Part shown: positions 7,296 to 16,944 of the stretch, one piece after another
Layout: every line of letters begins with the position of its first letter
Numbering within the stretch: the stretch's first letter is position 1
Assembly (NCBI GenBank): GCA_964418865.1
Contig: CAYQNT010000004.1
Span: 4,677-59,326 of the forward strand
Direction: 5' to 3'
Length of the DNA stretch: 54,650 nt
Source of the DNA: an uncultured Rikenella sp.
GTDB lineage: Bacteria > Bacteroidota > Bacteroidia > Bacteroidales > VadinHA17
Made by a program: the position numbers and the translations under genes
The notes under the pieces: model-generated
What the model was told of the DNA's origin: nothing
Database searches by the model: none
The model's input: only the letters and a program-made list of their open reading frames with translations

Positions 7296-8768
7296 TTATT
7301 GAGATACGATTTTGATTAGTCTTCCAGCTGATACCTGGTCATTAAGCTCCATATTGTTCAGCAGTGCAAGCTCTTCCATCATCTCCTGCTTCATGCCGAA
7401 GGAGCTCAGTGTGGCTGCCAGTGTACCGGTACGTGTAACTTTTTTCACAGATATCCTTTTGGGTTTGACATTAAGTCGTGACGGATCGGTAAGCTTGTTG
7501 AAGGTTTTCATTGAGGCCTCCATGGATGCGGCATATGCGGTGAAGTCAGTTTCGGTAGAGACGCCATGGAATACATAAAAGGCCTGACCATATTCAATAA
7601 AGTAAGAGAGGACGACATTGGTGCTGACGGCACCGGTCGATTGGTCCTTACTCTGTTGTTTTGATAGTGTTATTATCGCCGGCATTCCGTTAATCGGCCT
7701 TTTTTCAGAACTCTGCAGCTGGAGGCCGTAAGCAGCAAGAGTACTGTCTGCGGCAGCCTGAAGCGACCTCTGGTTTGCAAGTGAGAATAATATCAGGGCT
7801 TTACCGTCAGGTGGCTGCACTGTCACCTGTGTAGGGGCATTAGTGAGGTTCCATCCAAGGGGATAAGAAAATTTAAACCTAAGTTCCGGATGGTAAAAGG
7901 TATTATCCATAGTATATCCCTGCTTTGGATCTTCGCCATATATTATGCCATCAATAAGCTGAAGGTATGAGTCTCCGTTAACCTTGTATGACGGCAGTTT
8001 GAGGCTGTCTTGCCATGCTTTGCTGTCTCTCAGGACTGCATTGTAGCGGTCACCCGGATCAGGGTGAGTGGAAAGGAATGTTGGCACACCACCTTCAGCG
8101 TGTGCCATACTCATCTTGTTGAGCACCTTGAAGAAATCGGCCATCTTCGTTGCGTCATAGCCCATTCTGCTTGCATACTCAGAACCAAGTGCGTCAGCCT
8201 GGCGCTCATCATCGCGACTGAAACTGAGAAACAGGAGCTCCATGCCTTGCATGGCATACTGTGCATAGTTGGCAAATTTCTCAGAGGCTATCATGCCACC
8301 TATCAGCAGGAGCTGACCGAGCTGTTGCTTGGTCTGCTGAGAGACGGAATGGCGCGCTGTTATGTGCCCCATCTCATGCCCGAGTATGCCCATCAGCTCT
8401 GCTTCATTGTTCAGCTGTGCCATTATACCCCGGGTCAGGTATATAAAGCCTCCGGGAACAGCAAAAGCGTTCACAACAGGTGAGTCCACTACCTTAACAT
8501 GATACTCCAGCTTGGGACGGTGAGAGATCTTACCCAGATCTGTGCCTCTGGACTGAACGAAATTCTGAAGCGCAGGATCATCATAAATTCCGAACGTGGA
8601 TAGTACCTGGGGGTCATAGGAGATGCCGAGAGCTATCTCCTGGGATTCAGACATGAGCATGATCTGTTTCTTCCCGGTGACGGGGTTAACCGCACAGGAA
8701 ATCACAATAAACAGTGCTCCGGCAACAAGGGCGGCTTTGAACAGTATTCTTTTTCTTTTCATTGTCAT
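7296..8768 (-). CDS. M48-family zinc metalloprotease lipoprotein (BepA/YfgC-like)
   Basis: Lipobox (FIVISC), HEMGH zinc motif, M48 core (AFAVPGGFIYLTRG...LGHEMGHITARH). Lies 12 nt upstream of hflK. Confidence 0.85.
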   Translation of the reverse strand: MTMKRKRILFKAALVAGALFIVISCAVNPVTGKKQIMLMSESQEIALGISYDPQVLSTFGIYDDPALQNFVQSRGTDLGKISHRPKLEYHVKVVDSPVVNAFAVPGGFIYLTRGIMAQLNNEAELMGILGHEMGHITARHSVSQQTKQQLGQLLLIGGMIASEKFANYAQYAMQGMELLFLSFSRDDERQADALGSEYASRMGYDATKMADFFKVLNKMSMAHAEGGVPTFLSTHPDPGDRYNAVLRDSKAWQDSLKLPSYKVNGDSYLQLIDGIIYGEDPKQGYTMDNTFYHPELRFKFSYPLGWNLTNAPTQVTVQPPDGKALILFSLANQRSLQAAADSTLAAYGLQLQSSEKRPINGMPAIITLSKQQSKDQSTGAVSTNVVLSYFIEYGQAFYVFHGVSTETDFTAYAASMEASMKTFNKLTDPSRLNVKPKRISVKKVTRTGTLAATLSSFGMKQEMMEELALLNNMELNDQVSAGRLIKIVSQ

Positions 8769-8853
8769 GTAAAATTAATCGCTTAAGTAAGTTGGCTACG
8801 CTGATCTCTGTGCTAGTCGGCTTGCAGGTATTTCTCAGGCCGGCATTGAAGCT

Positions 8854-8955
8854 CCTCGCAGATTGCTGCGAGGAACCTTCGTTCCTTTTACTTTAATTTC
8901 TTTCATGCTCGCTAACCCTGCATCAAGCTACGGGGAACCGATCCGCCACTGGCGG
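8854..8955. repeat. Two REP-like palindromes (CCTCGCAG-attg-CTGCGAGG; CCGCCA-c-TGGCGG) in a 290-bp intergenic spacer
   Basis: Direct reading at 8854-8873 and 8943-8955. The first resembles the CCGCAG-N4-CTGCGG elements at 22709-22724 and 44537-44552, with compensatory arm changes. Confidence 0.7.
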
Positions 8956-9058
8956 AGAGCTCGACGAAGTCAATACGCTCACAGGATTCAAATTTAGTAA
9001 AAACTATAGCAAAAACAAGAGCTTCACCCTGGTCGTAACTGCTTTTATTTTAACTATT

Positions 9059-11170
9059 TCAACGACGGAATATCCGTCCGCGGATAGATCTTCTTCGTTT
9101 TCCGGCCTTATTGTAGTCTATATCCTTTTCCTTGAAGATATCGAGAACCCTGTCAAAGAAGCTCTTCTCCATGAAGTCGGGGCAGTCAAGAGCCATGGCC
9201 AGTTCAGGGGGAAGGCCGGGGAATGGAACGTTGATCATCTTCATAACCCCGGCATCTGCCTCCGCTTTTTTTATTGTCAGGGCCACAAGCGGGAGGGCCA
9301 GAGCGCTTCCTGAGCCGTAGCTGCCGTTGTTGAAGTGAATAGCGGGTGAAGAGGCCCCAACCCTGCTGACTATCACCAGTCCCGGGTTAAAGGCAGCAAA
9401 CCAGGCATCGGCATAATTCTGCGATGTGCCGGTCTTTCCGGCAAGTGGCACTTTCACTCCGTAGACACTATGGACTGATGCGCCGGTACCCTCTCTGATG
9501 GCCTTCTGCAACATGGCACTCATAAGTGAGGCTGACCGTTCTGACAGTACCCTCTCTCCTCCGGAGGCTGGCAAATGTTGCCACAGCAGGCGTCCGTCAT
9601 GAGTTTCGATCGATTCTATAAGATATGGAGTGATCATCATCCCTCCGTTGGCAAAGGAGGCGTAACCCACCGCCACCTCCAGGATGCTTGCCTCCGCAGT
9701 ACCCATTGCAAGTGACGGGGTATCATGAAGGGGGAAGGTGAAGCCCATTTTTCTCCATAGTTTATCAACCTTGTCAAAACCGATCATCATGAAGAGGCTG
9801 AAGGTGGGGATATTCATAGACTGCGCCAGTGCTCCGGCAAGTGAATATTTACCTCCGTAGGAGTGGTTATAATTCTCCGGGCTCCAGTTATTAAAGCCTG
9901 AAAGGGTTACGGAATCATTGTTGAGATAACGGCATGGCTCTATCCCGTCTTCAAGGGCTGCAGCAAAGATGAATGGTTTAAAGACCGAGGCCAGCTGCCT
10001 GCGGGCCATGATCTGATCATATGGCTGTTTCTTAAAATCTATACCGCCTTTCCATGCCCTTACGGCACCGGAGAAAGGGTCAATGGCGAGCAGCCCTGCC
10101 TGAAGTGTGATCATCATCTGCCTGAGGCTGTCAGGGATATCTTTCAGGGCCCGCCTCCCGGATGAGGTACTGTATTGTACATTAAGCCTCTTCTGCATCA
10201 CAGAAAGATGCTTCTCAAAAGCCTCACCGGCAGCTTGCTGAAGAGGCAGCTCAAGAGTTGTATTGATTATAAGGCCGTCTTTCTCCAGATCCCAGTTCTT
10301 GCTCCGGTGTGCAGAGATCTCCTCCAGGATACGGCTAGCCTCATTTCTTACCCTCACCATGAAGTAATCAGCAGGACCGTTGATATCGAACTTATTGTAA
10401 TTAAGCTTAAGCGGCATGGCACCAAGAGAGTCGGCCAGCACGGGGTCAAGGTAACCGTACTTCTCCATCTGGTTCAGTACTACATTCCTGCGTCTGACAG
10501 CATTATCATGATTGAGACGCGGATTGAAGGAGGTGTTCGCCTTAAGCATGCCTATGAGAACAGCGGCCTCCTCAATCTTAAGGTCACTGGTCTTTTTGCT
10601 GAAGTACCTTTGGGAAGCAGCTTCTATGCCATAGATGTTCTCACCAAAGGAGACAGTGTTGAGGTAAAGGGTCAATATCTCATCTTTGCTGAATACATTC
10701 TCAATACGTTTTGCCAGCAGAGCCTCCCTGGTCTTGTTCACAAAGAGCGGGAGAATGTGATAGTCTTTCCTTCCGTACATGTTCTTTGCCAGCTGCTGTG
10801 TAATGGTGCTGCCTCCCCCGGAACCGGAATCATTGAACAATATTGTTTTAAAGAAGACCCTGAACAGACTTCTGGAATCAATTCCTGAGTGCTCCCGGAA
10901 ACGGACATCTTCAGTGGCTATGAGAGCATCGGTCAGGTGAAGGGGGATCTGGCTGAAATTGATGGCAGTTCTGTTCTCCGAATAAAACTTTCCTATGGCC
11001 TCTCCTCCGGCGGCAATCACAAGAGAGGCAGTGGCGCCCTTGTAGCTTCTCAGCTCCTCCTTACCAGGTAGATGACCAAAGACCCCGGTGTAGACAGTGG
11101 CGACAAAAAATACCGGAATGAGGAAAACTACAGCAGTTGCTGTTATCGCAATTTTCCATCCTTTTTTCAT
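9059..11170 (-). CDS. mrcA: Class A penicillin-binding protein (bifunctional GT51 transglycosylase/transpeptidase, PBP1A-like)
   Basis: GT51 motifs ATEDVRFREHSGID and GGSTITQQLAKN. Transpeptidase motifs SVFK (SxxK), SMN (SxN) and KTGT. Confidence 0.9.
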   Translation of the reverse strand: MKKGWKIAITATAVVFLIPVFFVATVYTGVFGHLPGKEELRSYKGATASLVIAAGGEAIGKFYSENRTAINFSQIPLHLTDALIATEDVRFREHSGIDSRSLFRVFFKTILFNDSGSGGGSTITQQLAKNMYGRKDYHILPLFVNKTREALLAKRIENVFSKDEILTLYLNTVSFGENIYGIEAASQRYFSKKTSDLKIEEAAVLIGMLKANTSFNPRLNHDNAVRRRNVVLNQMEKYGYLDPVLADSLGAMPLKLNYNKFDINGPADYFMVRVRNEASRILEEISAHRSKNWDLEKDGLIINTTLELPLQQAAGEAFEKHLSVMQKRLNVQYSTSSGRRALKDIPDSLRQMMITLQAGLLAIDPFSGAVRAWKGGIDFKKQPYDQIMARRQLASVFKPFIFAAALEDGIEPCRYLNNDSVTLSGFNNWSPENYNHSYGGKYSLAGALAQSMNIPTFSLFMMIGFDKVDKLWRKMGFTFPLHDTPSLAMGTAEASILEVAVGYASFANGGMMITPYLIESIETHDGRLLWQHLPASGGERVLSERSASLMSAMLQKAIREGTGASVHSVYGVKVPLAGKTGTSQNYADAWFAAFNPGLVIVSRVGASSPAIHFNNGSYGSGSALALPLVALTIKKAEADAGVMKMINVPFPGLPPELAMALDCPDFMEKSFFDRVLDIFKEKDIDYNKAGKRRRSIRGRIFRR

Positions 11171-11298
11171 CTGTGTTTTTCTCCTTTGTATGCTGAATTA
11201 AGCTTTATTCCGCTTGGAAATTTCATAAATTTAATTTAAATTAGGGGTACAATATATAATAAAGCTTTTTACTATCTGACCCGTTTTATTGAAAGGCA

Positions 11299-11577
11299 TT
11301 GGAGAGGCAGTTCCTTTACAGGATAAAAATCACCGGAATGGTTCAGGGTGTGGGCTTCAGATGGAGGGCTTACCGCGAGGCAGTAAAGATTGGTATTACA
11401 GGTTATGTTAAGAACATGTCAGATGGCAGCGTTTATATTGAGGCCGAAGGGAACTCTGGTCAGCTTGAGAGCTTTTTATCATGGTGCAGAAAAGGCCCGG
11501 GCGTTGGTTTCGTAGACTCTGTGGGGATTAGCGAAGGCCCCCCGGCCGGATACACTGCCTTCAGCATAGAACATTAA
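11299..11577 (+). CDS. acyP: Acylphosphatase
   Basis: 92 aa. ITGMVQGVGFRWRAYREAVKIGITGYVKNMSDGSVYIEAEG carries the acylphosphatase signature (VxGxVQGVxFR ... GWVxN). Apparent TTG start. Confidence 0.85.
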   Translation: MERQFLYRIKITGMVQGVGFRWRAYREAVKIGITGYVKNMSDGSVYIEAEGNSGQLESFLSWCRKGPGVGFVDSVGISEGPPAGYTAFSIEH

Positions 11578-11782
11578 ATACCGTTCTGAAATGAGAAAAG
11601 TATGAAACCAGGTGATCAGTTTTACAATAATCGTCAATTTTTATACGTTGGTCAACAGTGGGCATGTGAACATCAAAATAGATTAGGTGTTATGTAGACC
11701 TGTGAATAACTTAGCATTTACAATGCTGAAATCTTTTATGCTTTTTACCAATATTGGCATAGAAATTGAATAGGAGAGTGTA

Positions 11783-12418
11783 TTGGTTAAGATAATGGGA
11801 AACGAAATTATCAGATTAAATTCAGGCGTTATTAGGGATCAGGCCGTTCAAAAGGTAAGCCCGGCAAGGTTGTCACTTCGTGACAGCGGGCTTATGCATC
11901 TTTTTGATGAGCTTGATATTGAAGTGCGTCAGAGTCTGATGGATTATCTCGACCGTATGGGCCTCATTAAGGGTTCAGGTATGCTGGTCATTCCCTCCTC
12001 GCGTCACTACTTTTATGATGCCGACGATATGAAGGGCATCAGGACCGTTATTGCCCTCCGGCGACTCAACCATGTCAGGGAGATAAAAGATTTCCTCAGA
12101 CAGATCACCCGGCTCCTTCCTCTCAACAGCAATTTCATAGGTTGTTTTATTGATAACAGGGCACAGGATGGTTTTCCGGATAGCCCCAGTCTGCCGAAGC
12201 AGACATCAGAAAAGGCTGAAGCCTACGAGAACGGTATTGAATCAAGGGTTCCGTTTATAAACAGGATGTACAGCTTCATTGATGCCCGTACCAACAGGTA
12301 TCTGACAAAAAGAGTTGTTACTAACCTCCTTAAAGAGGCCGGGCTGGAACTTGTCAGCATGACCGAGCTGAAAGGACTGACCTTCTTCCATACACAGAAG
12401 AACAATCCGGCAGTATAA
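11783..12418 (+). CDS. Hypothetical protein, weakly methyltransferase-fold-like
   Basis: The ORF has normal codon appearance. The segment LVIPSSRHYFYDADDMKGIRTVIALRRLNHVREIKDFLRQITRLLPLNSNFIGCF resembles the post-motif-I part of class I SAM-MTase-like domains, but no GxGxG is seen. The real start may be the ATG at 11795. Confidence 0.4.
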   Translation: MVKIMGNEIIRLNSGVIRDQAVQKVSPARLSLRDSGLMHLFDELDIEVRQSLMDYLDRMGLIKGSGMLVIPSSRHYFYDADDMKGIRTVIALRRLNHVREIKDFLRQITRLLPLNSNFIGCFIDNRAQDGFPDSPSLPKQTSEKAEAYENGIESRVPFINRMYSFIDARTNRYLTKRVVTNLLKEAGLELVSMTELKGLTFFHTQKNNPAV

Positions 12419-12455
12419 CAAGCATTTTATTTAGCCTCCCACCCTTTACCGTGAT

Positions 12456-14132
12456 TTACAGTACTATGGTTTCCATAAACCAGCCTTCAATGTTGTAATC
12501 CTGTTTTGGGCTCTTCAGAACATAGATGGCTGTTCCGTCTTTTTTGGCAAAGATAAAACGTGGAGTAGTTTCGAAGAGGTAACTGGCGCCTGTCAGATTC
12601 AACAAGACAGGCGATACGCTGAATGTCTTTATTTTGCTCAGAGTCAATGTATTGAACTGCTCTATCAGTGATGAGGTTCCGCCCTGAAAATAGTAATTGG
12701 ATGAGCTCACAAAAACGCTGCTGATGACAGGAGACTCATCAAAGGCATTGATGTATGATAATTCCGAACCTATATTTCCATACACTAGAGGCGGGTTGTG
12801 ATGAAACTGACCGTCGTATTCAGGAAGAGTATAGACATTTCCGTAAGCGGAATACAATCTGGTGCCGTCTTTTGAAAGCCAGAAGTGCCCGATTGACTCA
12901 TGGTACCAGGTCACAGCATCTTTGGCTTGTCCGCCTGTCAGGTCAAAAAGCAGGAGGCCGGAGGGATTGGATCCCAACTGGGAACCTGCCATATATGGTT
13001 TCCCGGGAACCTTCCGGATGAGAGTCCTTTCATAAATAGAGGATGCCGTTGTACTGGTGATCACCTCCCCGGTAGTCAGGTTAAGGTTTCGCAGCTTCAC
13101 CCACTGGTCTGAGACAGGTGTAATATAGCACCAGCCATTTTCGCCGGGTACAATATCAAAAGGAATACAGTCTATATTATATTCTGCAATAATCTCCCGG
13201 TTATCGATATCAATATAGCTTACTGAGGGAACGGTGTATCCTATTAATGCTTTATGTCCGTCCTCTGTAAAACTGATGCACCTAGGTGTTTTTTCCAGCT
13301 TAATTGTTTCTGTTGCGCCTGAGTTTGTATTGAACAGGAGAAGCTGATTGGGTAATTTAGTGCAGATGGCCATTATCCCGGAATCGCGGTGATATTTGGC
13401 ATCTGTCAGAACGCTGCTTACCTGAACGGTTTCAGAAGGAGGCGTAAAAGAAAGGCTGACGGTGACAGGCAGTGTAAAATGACTGAAGCCGGCGTTGCTG
13501 AGCATCATTATTGTGCCCATGTAAAACTCTCCAGGTGTTAACATTTCTTTTACTAATCCGACTTCGATTCTCTGAGAGTTACCGGGATATACCGTTCCTT
13601 TAGTGAGAGACACGGTAAGCCAGTCAGGTTTTGATGTTATCTCCCATACCAGAAGACCCTGACCGGTATTACTAATCCATAACTCCTGGCCAGATGTCGA
13701 TGTAAAAGTGAATGTTGACGGAATGAACTGTATCGATGCATTTCTGTAACTGGTATAAACCACGGTGATAGAAACCATGCCGAGCCCTTCCACCTTAAGG
13801 TATACCGTACCGTAGGAAATTGGAAGATAATCTGGTACGCTTTCATGTAAAACACTGAAATCCAATGTAAGAGATCCGTCCTTAATCTTTCCGTGCATAG
13901 ACTTGAATGAGAGCCATCTGGGTTGCATGTAGATGGTGAACTCATAATCATCTTCCGGCGGGGTCTGAAGTGACACCTGCACATTTTCATCAAAGCTGGT
14001 AATGAACAATGTATCTGAGAGGCTGTAAAGGTCGACCTCATTTTCTTCCAGGAACTTGTTGCTGCACGACACTGCCGCAAGAAGGAGAGTCGCGATACCA
14101 AATATTATAGCTGCTCTTTTCATTTGTTCCAC
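12456..14132 (-). CDS. Surface lipoprotein with two BACON-like N-terminal domains and a beta-propeller-like C-terminal region
   Basis: Lipobox LLLAAVSC. BACON-like WL..S....G patterns (PRWLSFKSMHGKIKDGSLTLDF; PDWLTVSLTKGTVYPGNSQRIEV). Repeated DG(H/T)K/RLY-type blades later (EDGHKALIGY, KDGTRLYSAY, KDGTAIYV). Confidence 0.55.
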   Translation of the reverse strand: MEQMKRAAIIFGIATLLLAAVSCSNKFLEENEVDLYSLSDTLFITSFDENVQVSLQTPPEDDYEFTIYMQPRWLSFKSMHGKIKDGSLTLDFSVLHESVPDYLPISYGTVYLKVEGLGMVSITVVYTSYRNASIQFIPSTFTFTSTSGQELWISNTGQGLLVWEITSKPDWLTVSLTKGTVYPGNSQRIEVGLVKEMLTPGEFYMGTIMMLSNAGFSHFTLPVTVSLSFTPPSETVQVSSVLTDAKYHRDSGIMAICTKLPNQLLLFNTNSGATETIKLEKTPRCISFTEDGHKALIGYTVPSVSYIDIDNREIIAEYNIDCIPFDIVPGENGWCYITPVSDQWVKLRNLNLTTGEVITSTTASSIYERTLIRKVPGKPYMAGSQLGSNPSGLLLFDLTGGQAKDAVTWYHESIGHFWLSKDGTRLYSAYGNVYTLPEYDGQFHHNPPLVYGNIGSELSYINAFDESPVISSVFVSSSNYYFQGGTSSLIEQFNTLTLSKIKTFSVSPVLLNLTGASYLFETTPRFIFAKKDGTAIYVLKSPKQDYNIEGWFMETIVL

Positions 14133-15118
14133 AGATAAAATCTGATTCCTAATGAAAACTCGAATCTCGACAGATTCTCATAGTTCTCTTTTTCCAGTTC
14201 AATTGTTTCTGTTGTTGATCCGTCAGTCACTTCAATTTTCCTTAGTATTGAGTTGAAGGCTGACAGTTCAGCACCGACAGAGAGGCCTGGCCTGACAAAG
14301 TATTCAAGGCCAAGGCTTCCGTCCATGCCGAAAGAGCGACCTGTTATCAGGTAATTTCCGTAGAGGGACTCTGTCTCATTTCTGTAGTGTGCCATTCCTG
14401 CCGCATATGAACAGTAAACCCTGAAGGTCTGGCTTAAACCCAGCGGTTCGCTGTAGAAGCATGAGACGCCGGCGAAATTGACATAGATATGTTCTTTGTA
14501 GGTTGAATAGAACAGGTTCACCTCACCTGGCAGGTCAAAAAAGTCTTCGACGCTTGCAGAGGTATCAAAGAACTTGTACCTGAGCCCCAAACCGATATTC
14601 GGCTTCAGCATCCATGTGATGTTGCTGCTTGCATAAATGCCTGTCTTCAGGTTATTGTAATATGACTTAGCCCGGCCTGGTGATATCCCCAGTCCTGCCA
14701 TGCTTTCCTCTGCTGTTTTCGAGCTGCTGAAGATGTAACCGGCTCCCCCGTTGGCCGACAACCGCAGCCGCTTGAATGAGCTGGTTTGAATGGATTGGTA
14801 ACTTTCCTCCAGGGATGATGCGTTTTGAATAGTTTGGGATCGTTTCTCCTGAAATGACCCGGTTTGAAGGGGTTGGTAACCTTCGGCCTTCTCGGCGACG
14901 GTTGAAACGGAATAACTCAGGACCCCTGATCGCGGCAGCCTGCCCGCAGTTTGAATACCCATGGTTGTCACTTCGAAACAGATATCTCTTCTGCTTACTT
15001 TTGTGATCTTACAGTCAATGGTATCGTTGTTAAGTGTAATGATTTTATCCTGAGAGAAACCCTGAGAAATAAATACTAACAGGATAATTACCAGCAGTAG
15101 ATTTCTTTTCATAGCCAA
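14120..15118 (-). CDS. Outer-membrane beta-barrel protein, function unknown
   Basis: Signal peptide, a small N-terminal domain, an internal duplicated motif (EGYQPLQTGSFQE / ESYQSIQTSSFKR), then alternating-hydrophobic strands ending in an aromatic terminus (FSLGIRFYLWNK). Its 3' end overlaps the downstream lipoprotein gene by 13 nt. Confidence 0.55.
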   Translation of the reverse strand: MAMKRNLLLVIILLVFISQGFSQDKIITLNNDTIDCKITKVSRRDICFEVTTMGIQTAGRLPRSGVLSYSVSTVAEKAEGYQPLQTGSFQEKRSQTIQNASSLEESYQSIQTSSFKRLRLSANGGAGYIFSSSKTAEESMAGLGISPGRAKSYYNNLKTGIYASSNITWMLKPNIGLGLRYKFFDTSASVEDFFDLPGEVNLFYSTYKEHIYVNFAGVSCFYSEPLGLSQTFRVYCSYAAGMAHYRNETESLYGNYLITGRSFGMDGSLGLEYFVRPGLSVGAELSAFNSILRKIEVTDGSTTETIELEKENYENLSRFEFSLGIRFYLWNK

Positions 15119-15164
15119 TTTTTTTCAGGGACTAAAAACTTTCACTTGCCAAATGGCCGTATGT

Positions 15165-15172
15165 CAAAGCTA
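15165..15172 (-). promoter_or_regulatory. Candidate -7 box (TAGCTTTG on the minus strand) for the 15118-12456 operon
   Basis: Plus strand reads CAAAGCTA, 47 nt upstream of the ATG at 15118. Matches TAnnTTTG. Confidence 0.3.
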
Positions 15173-15357
15173 TGAAAACTTTTTATTACGTATGATGATT
15201 TACCCTGATTCTTTAAGAAGCATGAACAATCAGGGTAGAAACCATTTTTCTATCTATCTTTAAACTCAGACAATAAAATATGAACTATTGAAGTAGCTTG
15301 CTAACCTATTAGTTTCCAGAGGATAAATAGACAAAATCATATTACTAAAGACAGACT

Positions 15358-16596
15358 ATGTGCAAAATTAAAGAAACACCTGTACTGAAAGCCGGAATAA
15401 GGATAGCGTATCTGTTCCTGCTTCTAATCATAGCAACAAGCTGCAGGGTTAATAAAGGTCCGGCTGGTTATTTAAACGAAGTGCTGGTTAATCTGGAGAA
15501 AATAGAATCAGCAACTTATTACGAACACCTGGAAAGCTGGCAACCCGGAGACACAGCACGAATGTCTTCCTTTTGCAGATTTGTGAAGGAGTATAATAAC
15601 CCCGGAGATACGACGATAGGAGCAAGCTTTGTGAGTATGGATTGTGAGGACACGACTCAATTGGAGTTTGGTTATGATGGTAAGATCAGGGCCCTGATCT
15701 ATCATGAACATAAGGGCCTGGTTGTTGATGATTTTACAGTCAGACCATTGCCATTCAGACCGCTTTCTGCTCCATTCTTTAATTATACCAAAAACATTAT
15801 CCGGTATGCGCTTACAACACAAGACAGCGTGATTCTCAAATTAGAAGAGTTTGACGATCATTTTTATTTCAAGCTCATCATTAATGAAGATGAGCAGGTT
15901 GAGTTTTTTGGCATGGCTTATCACATGCCTGACAATCCATATAATTACGGAGAAACCACATCAGTATATGAGTTATGGATAGGTAAGCATAATAACCTGC
16001 CCTACAAAGTGCGTAGGGAGATGTCAACTGATATCTCTGCAACTACCTGCTCCGGGGCAGAGTTTAATAAACTATCTATCGCTGATTTTAATCTCTATGA
16101 ATATTTCCCGGCTAGTTATGAGATCAGAAAATATGGGATGTCAAACAGTAAGGTGGAGGCAGCTGATCTTGAAGGGAAGAAGGCGCCACCGTGGGTTTTG
16201 TATGATAAAGATGAACAGAGCTTATCTCTTTCCGATTTGAAGGGGGAAGTATTGCTAATTCAATTCACCGGTATCGGCTGCGGTCCTTGTATGGCCTCAA
16301 TTCCTTTCCTGAAAGAATTAAGAGGCAGATACAGCACTACAGATCTTGGGCTGATAGCTATAGAAACCTGGTCGCGGAAACCGCATTCCCTGCGTATTTA
16401 CTCAGAAAAGAATCAGCTCAATTATAACCTGTTAAACGGTACAGACGATGTGATCAGAGATTATCAGACCGGTGGAGGGGTTCCTGCGTTTTATATCCTT
16501 GATGAACAGCGTATTATAAAAAAAGTAATTCATGGCTATAGTGAAGAGACCACCGGAGAGGAAATTACAAGTGTCATTGATCAGTTGCTGCGATAG
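15358..16596 (+). CDS. TlpA-family thiol-disulfide oxidoreductase lipoprotein with a ~270-aa N-terminal domain of unknown function
   Basis: Lipobox IIATSC. C-terminal thioredoxin fold with a CGPC active site (LLIQFTGIGCGPCMASIPFLKEL). Confidence 0.8.
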   Translation: MCKIKETPVLKAGIRIAYLFLLLIIATSCRVNKGPAGYLNEVLVNLEKIESATYYEHLESWQPGDTARMSSFCRFVKEYNNPGDTTIGASFVSMDCEDTTQLEFGYDGKIRALIYHEHKGLVVDDFTVRPLPFRPLSAPFFNYTKNIIRYALTTQDSVILKLEEFDDHFYFKLIINEDEQVEFFGMAYHMPDNPYNYGETTSVYELWIGKHNNLPYKVRREMSTDISATTCSGAEFNKLSIADFNLYEYFPASYEIRKYGMSNSKVEAADLEGKKAPPWVLYDKDEQSLSLSDLKGEVLLIQFTGIGCGPCMASIPFLKELRGRYSTTDLGLIAIETWSRKPHSLRIYSEKNQLNYNLLNGTDDVIRDYQTGGGVPAFYILDEQRIIKKVIHGYSEETTGEEITSVIDQLLR

Positions 16597-16725
16597 GTGA
16601 TGAAGGGTACCTGTTGATGTAATTAATAAATCCTTACAACTAAAGTGATATTATGATAGCTCTCTGTCAGGGAGCGTCCATTTTTTCATTAAAGTTTAAT
16701 ATTGGATTTTTAAACCCCGGCTGCT

Positions 16726-16941
16726 TTATTTCTCCTTTCCTTTCACAAACTCCAGAATATCTCCCGGTTGACAATCCAGTACTTCGCAAATGGCTTCCAG
16801 TGTGGTAAACCGTACAGCTTTGGCCTTACCGGTTTTCAGTATAGAAAGATTTGACAGGGTAAGTCCAACTTTATCCGAAAGCTCATTCAATGACATCTTT
16901 CGCTTTGCCATCATCACATCTAAGTTTACTATTATCGGCAT
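16726..16941 (-). CDS. XRE-family helix-turn-helix transcriptional regulator (YozG-like, 71 aa)
   Basis: IIVNLDVMMAKRKMSLNELSDKVGLTLSNLSILKTGKAKAVRFTTLEAICEVLDCQPGDILEF is the conserved YozG-type HTH that accompanies DUF2975 genes. Confidence 0.85.
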   Translation of the reverse strand: MPIIVNLDVMMAKRKMSLNELSDKVGLTLSNLSILKTGKAKAVRFTTLEAICEVLDCQPGDILEFVKGKEK

Positions 16942-16944
16942 AGC

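Noticed and set aside
8769-9058. A known structured ncRNA (6S, 4.5S/SRP, RNase P, tmRNA, riboswitch) in the 290-bp spacer
   Set aside because: I could not recognise any conserved core motif of these RNAs on either strand. The visible structure consists of simple palindromes shared with other intergenic sites, which is better explained as a repeat family.
10175-10888. Long antisense or alternative-frame ORFs inside well-supported genes (10175-10888, 3179-3589, 13637-14101, 36897-37586, 44986-45558, 46868-47323, 52460-52924, 52961-53455, 53791-54177)
   Set aside because: Each lies wholly within a CDS that has strong family motifs on the other strand or frame. Their translations are low-complexity or Arg/Ser/Cys-rich with no recognisable domains, which is typical of shadow ORFs in roughly 50-57% GC coding DNA.
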